Assembly: GCA_051530055.1 (NCBI GenBank)
Contig: CM121342.1
Span: 2,731,797-2,764,796, forward strand
Direction of reading: 5' to 3'
Length of the DNA stretch: 33,000 nucleotides
From: Neoechinorhynchus agilis
Taxonomy: Eukaryota; Animalia; Acanthocephala
The notes beneath the pieces are model-generated. The model had not been told where the DNA came from, did no database searches, and saw only the letters and a list, made by a program, of their open reading frames with translations. Position 1 is the stretch's first letter, and each line of letters begins with the position of its first letter. The position numbers were made by a program, and so were the translations under genes. This document shows, piece after piece, positions 9,401 through 19,579 of this stretch.

Positions 9401-12123
9401 GAGGTAAACTTCATTTCCCTACAATACCTTGCTACTCCTTTTTCTCTTCTTCCTACTCGTTCAGATGTTTATTCCACCTTTTGCTCAATCTTACATTTCT
9501 TAGTAGTTGAGGGAGGTGAATCACTTTCGCTTTTCCTATCGTTACATTTTGTCAAAGTCTTAAAATCCATGCTTCCAACATACAAGCCTACACAACCGCT
9601 ACTAAACTATCGAAACTCGCCAACTCAGATCACTCCTGCGTCCTCGTCTCCACTTCTAGCCCACCTCCTCGTATCAAACATCCAGCAGTTCCCGTCTGGG
9701 ACAAACGGGATCATCACATCTTCAAGTTCGTAGAAATGTTAAAAACTGTGGTTCCCTTTATCCCTATTGATAATGCACAAGACCCTTCTGTTACGATGTC
9801 CTACCTCACTTCGGCGATTCGGTATTGCTTATCCTCTTGCATCCCCAAGAAATTTGTTAAAATCACTAACCGTGACCCGCCCTGGCTCAGCCCTATTCTG
9901 AAGCTACTCCAACAACAAACCATTGCCGTTTACCATAAAAATTCACCCGATTTCCCACGACTACAATCCACGCTTTCTATAAAAATAATGAATGGCCGCA
10001 GAGAATATCTCTCGTCCGGAATTCGCTCCACGGGAAACGCACATTGGTGGCATACAATCAAACGTTCCCTTGAGCTACGGAACCCTGAACCTTTCGCATA
10101 CCTGTCAAGCTCTGAATTAAAGGCGACCCTCGATTCCATCAACGCAAAGTTATGCTCACCAAACGACGGTGATATCCAACTTAAAACTACACAAAAAAAT
10201 GGGCTCTTCTAAGTTACCCGACTGGTTTCCGTCCTCAAAGTGTTTCAGCATCTCAAGAAACTGCCGCGCAAAGGATCTCTACATTCGGACACTCCTAACT
10301 GGGCTGTTCGTTTTATCATACCGGAAATAATTAACCCATTGACTACCATCGTCATTCATAGTTTCGCACCTGGAATCTATCCATCATGTTTAAAAATGGT
10401 CAGGGTAACCTCATTACCAAAAAATGGACTTCCAGTATCCTCCTCATCTTTTCGCCCCATCTCTATCCTTCCCGTGCTCTCCAAGTCTTTGAAAAATGCT
10501 TTAAAGCGCGCCTTCTCCCCAAGCTCCATTGGATTTCGCCCTAAATATTCAGCCACGGATGCTCTACTCTGCATTTATGACGCGCTCATCCAAAATATTG
10601 ATTCCAAACCTTCCCTCGTCTCACGCCTTATCCAACTTGATCAATCGAAAGCGTTCGATTCTGTGGAAGATCACAAGCTTATCGAAGTCTGTTCCGATTT
10701 CGGACTGGATACTTGGCAAATTCGATGGATCTTTTCATATTTGACAAATTGAGCACAATACATAAAATGCAACCCCGACACATCAAAGACCATGCTTCTA
10801 TCAAAAGGTGTCCCCCAAGGAGCCATCCTTTCCCCACTCCTCTTCAACATCTTTCTTAACAGACTCAAACTCCTCTCGAGCGAAACCCATCTATTCCCGT
10901 ATGCCGACGATATAACCCTAGTCACCATTGCACCGGCAAACAGGTCACCGTCTGTTACCCTGGCTGAAATCTCAAACATTACAGATTTCTGCAACGGCAT
11001 GAAATTATCGATCAATTTCTCGAAATCGTTTGAGATGATCCCGGCTCTTAAAGGAAACCCGTCATCCTACACACAGCCATATCTACCAAATGCAATAAAA
11101 CGCGTCGCTAACCTTCGAATTTTGGGCCTCCAGTTCCAACAAGACCTAAAATGGCATTCCCACGTCTCTTTAGCCCTCAGAAATCATAATTTCAAAATCT
11201 ACCTCTTAAAACGCCTTCGTCGTTTGGGGGGTGATCCCGGCAGATCTAGCGAAATGTTATCTAGCTTACATTCTCCCATCCATTACGTACGGCTACCCCA
11301 CGTTCTGCAATCTCTCCAAATCACAGCTACGCAAGCTAGTTTTCCATAAGAGAGCTGCCAAAATTTGCTCCGGCGATTTTCTGTCCATGAAAGACACTCT
11401 CCTAACAATTTTCACAAAGCAGAGCAAACGCCTGATGTCCCATCCGCCGCAATTCGCTCCCCACATTACCCTATTCACCCGCCCTCATAGAACGCGTAAG
11501 CCATCCTCCTTCAAACCGCACAAATCGCGAACCAAAACCCACTTTCATTTTTTCTTTCCTGCTGCTCAGTCATTTTTAAATAGTAACTGAATCGAAGGAA
11601 AGAGCACAACCAACGATACTTCGACAACCAAAGATACATGGGGCGGAACCCGCCGTCGCATTGTCTGCGATAACGCCATTCCTTCCCCTTTCGACCGTCC
11701 GGGGCATAAGTGGTACCGCGGAGATAGATATTTCTACCTGGTCTTTGAACACAAACCTATGCTGTGGCACTCTCAGTCGTGCTTTGAACATGGTGTGGCC
11801 CCCTAAAACCTTGACGAAAAGACCGTTCAGTTTTCCATATCTAAACCACGTTGCTTCCAGTGCAAATTGAATCTTGTCAACGATTTTTGTCCATGGACTT
11901 CCTCGGCGCATACATACACATCAAGGACGATGCTGGAAAAGTTTCAGACATGACGTCCAGTTCTCGTCCGGATTCACCTAAGTGCAGGCGCGCTTCTATG
12001 GACAAACCGGACATCTATTCCCGAAACAAAGATCCATTTGTTCTCTCTCGAGGGTGCATGAGGACCCAAATGTACATGGGTCCTCTTCATTGTGACTTCT
12101 TCTAATAAAACGTGTTATTATTA
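9400..12123 (+). mobile_element. Decayed CR1/L2-superfamily LINE (element 1): endonuclease end, RT, 3' region
   Basis: APE motif SDHSCVLV (~9625). RT motifs SFRPISILPVLSK, QLDQSKAFDSV, GVPQGAILSPLLFNIF and YADD. C-terminus FFPAAQSFLN. Stops at 10210 and 10750 and a frameshift at ~11231. Ends AATAAAACGTG(TTA)3. Confidence 0.9.
12060..12085 (+). other. Stem-loop in the LINE 3' region
   Basis: GAGGACCCA-aatgtaca-TGGGTCCTC is a perfect 9-bp stem with an 8-nt loop, 18 nt before the AATAAA. Confidence 0.6.
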
Positions 12124-12534
12124 CCCATTCCCTATTAATTGTCGAAACATTTGCAGTCTTTTGAACACCACTCGTTTCTAACAAGCCACCAAACCCGCAT
12201 TCTCCTTCGTGGCCGCTTCGCTAGCCGATTGCTGTAAAACTTTTGCCTGTACCTTATAATTAAATTTTGGATGCCTTTTCTCCCTCTTTTAACCGTTAAC
12301 TTTTTTCCCTTTGCACTTTTTGATTTTGACCAGCATTTCTTTAGTGCAACATCAATAAGAGTACTGTATTTAGCCAAATACCGTTCACAGTTCATTGATT
12401 TGTTTGTAATTTTTCAAGACGTGATTTTGGTCTTGGTCCAAGCGTAGTTTAAGTGTTCACACTACAAAAGGAAATGTGATACGTTTTGGAAACACTCCAG
12501 TGGAACTCGAAAAATAAATTTATGGCATGAAGAT

Positions 12535-12662
12535 TCTCTCTCGTCAACGTTCTCTCTCTTAAAGCCTCTCTCTCGTCAACGTTCTCTCTCTCGTCAATCG
12601 TCAACGTTCAACGTTCTCTCTCTCGTCAATTGTCAACGTTCAACGTTCTCTCTCTCGTCGTC
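12535..12662 (+). repeat. Short tandem repeats in the probable 5' UTR of LINE element 2
   Basis: Units of (CT)n-CGTCAACGTT. A 32-bp unit occurs at 12581 and 12613, and partially at 12645. A further ~36-bp direct repeat lies at ~12705 and ~12776, just before ATG 12811. Confidence 0.8.
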
Positions 12663-15600
12663 ACACATCATCGAATATTTTCTTTGTTCAGACGATCAAC
12701 GCCGTCACAAGATCTAACGTCGTAAACAATTGCAATCAAATCTGTAAGCATCAACGTCGTCACACGATCTACGTCGTCGCACGATCTAACGTCATAAACA
12801 CTTGCAATCAATGCCGAGGCCAAAGCGCCCAACCACCAAGCTCATCCCCTGTGACATGGACGATTGTCAGGTTAAAACCCAAATACTCGTCTCAAGTACT
12901 TGGGCGACAGGCAGAAAATTCATTTGCGGTTTCTGTACTGCCGCCTTGCTCAAACTGTGTTCTCCGGTTTCCCCCCTTCCAAATACTAACCACTCCCAAG
13001 CCCCTAATCCCCAGCCCCTTCCATCTTCAGTTTCTCCACCCCAAACCTCCTCTTCTCCCTCGCTTCACTCTTTAAATACTGTCCACCCACCCTTAGCTGT
13101 CGGCACCCTCCAAGACTCCTCTCCACACTCAAATTCGACTACTCCTCAACAATTTTCTCCCTTCCTTAATTCCGTTCCCATCATCTCTCATATTCCTTTT
13201 CACTCGTCCCTGCATTCTAAGTTTCACTCTGCTCCACCCCTTCCTCCTCGGCCTCATCTATATCCCCCACTCTTCTCTAGCACCCCGTACTGCTAGAAAA
13301 AACCATAAACCCCTCCCATCCTGCTATAATTACGTTTCAACGTTGGCCCCATCAAAACCTTCCACTTTCGCTCCTGTGCCTCGATTTTCTAGTAAAAAGC
13401 ACACACCCCTACAATCCTTGAACAACTACATTAAGCATCCCTCGCCTCGTAAACTAACTCCTCCTAAACCCCTCTCATACCTGCCTCCACTCATCTCTCA
13501 TCTGCCTAAAACCACTAATCCGCACCCTACCAAATCTGGAAATTTTCGCTTCGCCCCTCAGAAGCGAAAAATATCTTGGACGCTTACACTTCCTCACCTC
13601 TTATCACCACCTCTTCAACTTCCAATATCCCCTTGCTCCCCCATCCCGCACGCTCAGTTCCCACCCTTATGGTCCCTACACTCAAATAACCCCTTACTAC
13701 AGTGTCCACCCACGAATCCATAACCCCCGAACTACCGCATCGGTCATCTCCCATCCCTTTTCTCGCTGCGCAGCTTCAACCCTCTCCGCCAGTGTCCACC
13801 TCTCATGTCCCTTCTAAACATCTCTTTCCAATAAACTTTTATGCCAACATCCGCGGTCTCCTCCCCAAACTGGATGAGCTCCATTTGGTTGCCTCTTCTT
13901 GCAACGCCGACATCCTTGTAATTACGGAAACATGACTCTCACCCCATCGCAAATTATCTGCCCTCCTTCCAAACTTTCAAGCTTTTCACCTCACAAGGGA
14001 CTTCCAAAACAGGGGAGGCATATCGATCTTCATCCGCGCCTCACTCCCTTACCATTGCTCTTCACCCTACCTTTTCATCTGCCACGATCTTGAATAGCTT
14101 CACATCCAACTTCATCTCCCCCTCCGCAGTGGCCAACGTGAGATCTCTATCGCTGGCCTTTATCGTCCTCCTTCCTCAAACATTCCCAACACACTTCAAC
14201 AAATATACCACCTATTTACTGACCTACTTTCCACTTCCTCAGATCACTTCATCATATTAGGCGATTTTAACAAACTGCCGAACCCGCCCTCACTCTCTCA
14301 TCTTTCCCAACTCGTTACTTTCCCCACACGCTTCTCCTCCCGCCTTGACAAAATTTTCTCAAACATCAGGCAATACTCGTGCACTACCAAACTCCCCCCG
14401 ATCGCCTCGTCTGACCATTGTCCCATCCTTCTCTCCCCTACATCACCTCAAAAACGATCCTTTTCCGACCCCTACGTTGTCTGGGATAAACGTGATCATC
14501 ATACCCAATCTTTTGCTGCATGTGTCAATTCTCTTATCACGCAAAACCGCTTTACCATCTTTGGCCCCGACCCCTCGATTCCAATGGGCTCTTTGTTAAA
14601 TCTAATAGAATCTGCAATGAAGGCCTCCCTTGCTCGCAAAACAATACGAATCTCGAACCGCGACCCTCCATGTTTCTCGCCTTTTCTAAAAACCCTTCAA
14701 ATCCAGGTCACCAAAGCTTTCCGGTCAGGTAATCCTGCTTACGCCTCCCTCCACTCCACACTGACAAAACGCATCCGTATAGCCCGCAAATGCCTGCCCC
14801 GCCATTCTTCCCCTAATTCGACTATCCCAAATTGGGCCATTCGTTTCATCATCCCGGAACTTATCGATCATCTAACGCACATAACGAACCTTAGCTTTCT
14901 ACTGGGCTCTTTCCCATCGTGTCTTAAGGAAGCCCGTGTCGTCCCCCTACCCAAAAACGAAAAGCCGATTTCCCCCACATCCTTTCGTTTCATCTCTATC
15001 CTCTCACCTTTCTCTAAAATCTTAGAAAAATGTTTTAAAACCCGCCTACTTCCCTTCTTCCTTAAATACATCTCCCCTTTCCAATTCGCTTTCCGTCCCA
15101 ATTACTCTTGTTCTGATACCCTCCTCTGCATCTACGATACGCTTGTGCGACGCTTAGATTCCAGTCCAGCATCAACCGTCCGTCTCGTGCAACTGGATAT
15201 TTCCAGGGCGTTCGAGTCGGTAGATCACTCCCTTCTCCTCCAATCATGTGCTTCTTTTGGCATCCCAACCTGGCAACTCGCTTGGATTTCCTCTTTCCTC
15301 TCCAACCGCGAACAATATATCCAATGTGGAACTTCTTGTTCCTCTTCTCTGCCCATATTTAAAGGGGTCCCCCAAGGCGCCGTACTTTCCCCTCTCCTCT
15401 TTGACATTTTTCTAAATGACCTCCATCCCCTCGCTCCCTCTACCAAATACTTTCTCTATGCAGATGACCTCACAGTCATTACCATCGCATCTCCCTCTCT
15501 CTCCCTCTCCACAACCATGGACGAGCTCAACCATCTCATTTCCTCGCTCTCCACCCTAAACCTCTCCATAAATTTATCCAAATTTTCTGAACTTGTCCCC

Positions 15601-15852
15601 CACATTTTCAAACGCAATCTTATCCCCGCGCCTCTCGCTCTCCCCATCCAATGCTCCTCTTCTCTCCGAATACTGGGCCTGATTTTACACGAAAACCTTA
15701 AATGGGATGCCCACATTTCATTTACACTCTCTAAACCAAAACCTCGGCATTACCTTCTCAAACTCCTCCGGCGTCTCGGCGTATCCCCTAAACACCTTGC
15801 CCACTTTTATCTCCCTGCCATCCTCCCTATCCTTACATACGCTTCCCCACTT
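12535..15852 (+). mobile_element. Decayed CR1/L2-superfamily LINE (element 2): 5' UTR, ORF1, APE endonuclease, RT; 3' interrupted
   Basis: ORF1 from ATG 12811 has CDMDDC...FICGFC followed by Pro/Ser-rich sequence. EN motifs YANIRGL, ITET*L, GLYRPP, ILGDFN, RLDKIFSN and SDH (13840-14420). RT motifs QLDISRAFESVDH, GVPQGAVLSPLLF and YADD. Shares VWDKRDHH and NRDPP with element 1. Confidence 0.9.
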
Positions 15853-15899
15853 CTGCTATTGGCGTTTATGGGTGATACTAACTTAAGCAAATTGGAAAG

Positions 15900-16790
15900 G
15901 CATGTATTTCCTAAGGATGTCGGTAGACCGACAAGCGATTCCACTTTCAAAAACCGACACACTTTCATGTGCGCGAGCTTTGGTCAGCAATTGGATTTCG
16001 CGATTCGGGGTTCCGACGGATATCACCTCAGATAGGGGAGCGCAATTCACCTCCAAAATATGGACCGACATGTCGACCCTATTTGGCACCAAATTACACC
16101 ATACGACAGCTTATCATCCACAGTCCAACGGTATGGTCGAAAGGATGCACCGGCACCTGAAAACGTCCTTAAAAGCCCGTCTCAAATGTGCCAATTGGTA
16201 TGAAGAGCTGCCGTGGGTCCTGCTGGGCATGAGGACATCGCCTAAATCCGATTTTGGGACGTCATCCGTTGAACAAGTCTACGGGAGCCCAATTAGAGTT
16301 CCCAGCGATTTCGTTAGCCATACACCGACACGAGCCAATCAAGGAAACAAACTCGAAAGTTTGCGCGATCGGATCCGTTCGTTAGTCCCTGAACCGACGC
16401 CACGACATGGAAATATCTCGACCTACGTCCCAAAAGCCCTTAAGATAGCACGCCATGTGTTCGTCAGGAGTGAGTAGATCGGAGGACCGCTGCTGCCAGC
16501 ATGCAGAGGAAACTACAGAGTAATCGAAGCAGGTGAAAAATATTTCACGATTGATTATGAAGGACGCAACGAAACGATTGCGATAGACAGGCTGAAAGCC
16601 GCGCATTGTGACCCTTCCTCTACAATCGCATCCGACATACCACGCAAGCGAGGACGGCCACGGAAGAAGACTTAGCGGGGCCCCTTGGGGGGAGCTGTGT
16701 GGCGAGTACGTCAGAGGTCCACCAATCGATATGCACGCATGGTGCATGGGGTACAACTAGAAAACAGGGAGCGTTGGTTTTTTCGTGTTG
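15900..16790 (+). mobile_element. Ty3/gypsy fragment (CsRn1-like): integrase core and C-terminus, PPT, start of 3' LTR
   Basis: Integrase motifs WISRFGVPTDITSDRGAQFTS, TTAYHPQSNGMVERMH and ELPWVLLGMRT. The frame continues past TAG 16475 to stop 16675. PPT GGGGGGAG at 16687-16694, then TG at 16696. Clade assignment is by motif resemblance only. Confidence 0.85.
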
Positions 16791-16801
16791 AACTCCACCC
16801 T

Positions 16802-17385
16802 CATCTTTACCACCTCAAACCCCTCCGGCGTCTCGGCGTATCCCCTAAACACCTTGCCCACTTTTATCTCTCTGCCATCTTCCTTATCCTTACATACGCT
16901 TTCCCCACTTTCTTCGCCCTTTCCGTCAATGCTCTCCATTCCCTCGAGACCTTCCACAAGAGAGCCGCGAGAATATGTGGGACTTCACTCCCTCCCCTCG
17001 ACGCCCACCTCCACTCCATTTTCTCCAAAAACGCCCTCCGTCTTCTTCACCCCCATCCACAATTTTCTTCCCTCATCTCTAAATACTCTTCCTTCGTAAA
17101 CACTCGTAACCCCAACCTTTTTCATCCCCCCCTCGCTCGTACCACCCTCTACCAAAAATCTTTCTTCCCCCAAGCCCAATCTTTCCTTAATAACCGGAGA
17201 ACAAGGAAAGACTCCTAATCGGCCATCTCCTGTACAAAGCATCCGATCTCACATCGACACCCCTTCAAAAAACAGTCCCACCTCCCTTGCCTTCAACATC
17301 CGACATCCAGACACCTTCAGCAAAGATAGATGATGGCAGGTGTATGAATCGTACTTTTCTTAAATTAATAAAACGTGTTTATATT
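16802..17385 (+). mobile_element. 3' end of the LINE element 2 family (ORF2 C-terminus and 3' UTR)
   Basis: RRLGVSPKHLAHFYL...ARTTLYQKSFFPQAQSFLNN, stop at 17218. TAATAAAACGTGTT at 17366-17379. The first ~105 nt repeat 15748-15852. Confidence 0.85.
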
Positions 17386-17495
17386 CCAATTATTGAGCAT
17401 TTTTCACACATTGCATCCAAAATCTATGCCTAAAAGAGTTAAGTTTGAATAATGACAAATAAACAACTAATGAATCGCTCAGTGAACATTGACTT

Positions 17496-18824
17496 TCAAA
17501 AAACAAAATTTTCTTTCAAAGGCGTATCATTTGCGATTCTATTAACACTAAGTCGATCAAGATTGATTGTTCTATAGCAACCAGCAGATTGAAGTTCATA
17601 ATTGGCCTTACCAATTCCCAGAGCGTGTTGGATGCCGTTTCCGCTGGACCCGCAGGCAAAAAATACGTTATTCAGGTAAGGATGAGAACCCAATATCCAA
17701 GTTTCGTCATAGACATTATAATCGACCAGTCCAACCCTTGTTGATCGGAGAACCAGTTGATTGAGGCCAATGATTCGGCGTTTCACGATTTCCTTTGTTC
17801 GATTCCAAGCAAGCGGATTCACGTCTCGGTCCCACGATAATCCCAACTGTGTTGATGGCATTGGTTCACCACATATAATGTGATTAGAGGCAGCAGTTTT
17901 TACAAAGAATGCCCCTGATGGATCAACGACAATTGGATTGTCCACACAAATACACATTGAGCCATTACCGTAGGCGGTGAAGACGTGGCGTTTCAAAGGA
18001 GCAATAGGAAGTGGGATTGACATGGCTGGATATTCTGGCTCGCATCCCATTCCACACATCTCGGCAACCTTTGACGACGCTGAACCTGCTGCGATAATAA
18101 GTTTTGCGAACAAAATGGGATGAATGTTGTTGTCCGTATCCAACACAAGAGCTTCTTTAAGAGCGAAAGATCGGTTTCCGTGTAGATCAACCTGATCGCT
18201 TTTGTCAAACCCAATTAATGTACCGTCGACAAATTGAGCACCATGTGATGTAGTTCGAATTCGAATTGCTTCTAAAAGTTCCCAGGGTTTCAGTGATGAC
18301 TTTTTCATTCATTAAGAAACCTTGGAAAAAAAGCCAACAGCCGCAAGTAAAGTATCCTTCGTTAGAAAGACCGTATGAAGCAACACAAATTCCTTCGGTA
18401 TTGACCCATGAAAAGTTTTCATTCACGTCATTTGGAGACAACAAACAAACACTAACACCCATTTGCGATTGCATTTGAACACTCATTTCTAAATCACGAG
18501 CTTGGCTTTCGTCCGCCAATATTAAATATCCATTATGATGAAAGTGAACTGGTCTTACTGGGACATGGTTTCGGTAAATGCTTTCTTTTTGAATTTCTTT
18601 TAACAAATCAATCGAAATTCGACTTAGCTCCACGTTTTCTTCTAACGAAAACTGAGAGCGACATCCACCAAATCCAACAACCGAACCGGCATCCATGTAA
18701 CTCGGATCCCGTTGTATAACCACAACTTTTACATCCGGAGCTGCTTTAGAAATGTAATAAGCCGTAGCCGCACCAACGAGACCTCCGCCAACAATTAGTA
18801 TATCAGCTTCAACCGGAAAAATCC
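17496..18824 (-). CDS. FOXRED1: FAD-dependent oxidoreductase domain-containing protein 1 (complex I assembly factor family); one internal interruption; 5' end unresolved
   Basis: ADILIVGGGLVG (FAD binding), RDPSY, GGCRSQFSLEENV, SYGLSNEGYF, IAAGS, VDPSGAFF, DYNVYD, GSHPYLNNVFFACGSSGNGIQHALGIG and C-terminal ENFVF are all collinear with FOXRED1 as I recall it. The frame changes at 18272-18348. Confidence 0.85.
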
Positions 18825-19579
18825 AAGCGCAACTTCAATGCGAATGGCTCATCACGATTTGAAAGCTTAGGCGCTACTTAAAAATTGCCCAATTGCGGAA
18901 TAAAGAATCTACAACAGTCAATTTGTCGAAAGAGATAAATAAGTACTTATTTCTGTTGTAAATCAAAATCTTACACAGAATCCATCGGAAATTTCTCGTA
19001 TGGAAACATTTAGATCCTTACTCAGAGATTTATGCTGCGAAACGAACAAAACTGTAACATTCTATAGGAGTATAAAATTCATTTACTTGTGAAGTTCCTC
19101 ATGTAAAACACATTTAATTTATCAAAACTACTAATGTTTAATTTAAAAGTCGAAATTAATTATAAATGAAAAGATCGAATAAACAGAATAATTACAAAGA
19201 TTAAAAGCGAGAGACGGTGTCCAATGATTTGACAAAATTAATTTAATTTTCCGCCATAAACAAGCAATTATTTAAATGCGTGAAAGCTTCTTAAAAATTT
19301 TAGGAATCTGCTTTTATATAGAAAATTAAATTGATTATCATTAAATTCACAACCTGGCATCTTTGGGCCCGTTAGGGATTAAGGCAAAAGGCGAAGTATT
19401 AATCAAACTTGGCTTCCATGGTAACTCGAATAATTAATGGCGCTAACCATCGATATGTAGAATGCATATTCCGACTGATGATGTTTATAGAGTTGCTTAT
19501 GGACCAAAAGATCAAAATCAAGTAAGCCTTCTATTTCGTTTAAAACCCATGGTCGCTTTCGTAGAATGAAGAATTTTTT

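Noticed and set aside
12535-12662. CRISPR-like array
   Set aside because: The context is eukaryotic, there are no unique spacers or cas genes, and the units are microsatellite-rich and sit at a LINE 5' end.
13931-14100. Stop readthrough or editing at TGA (ITET*L) and TAG in the LINE endonuclease
   Set aside because: Two point mutations in an element that also has frameshifts and deletions are ordinary decay.
18331-18360. Resemblance to the SSU 515F site (GCCAACAGCCGCAAGTAA) and a U12 donor (GTATCCTT)
   Set aside because: The rRNA-like match is short and imperfect. The U12-like donor is on the non-coding strand and is simply the complement of the E-G-Y codons. An AT-AC intron model (63 nt) does not restore the frame.
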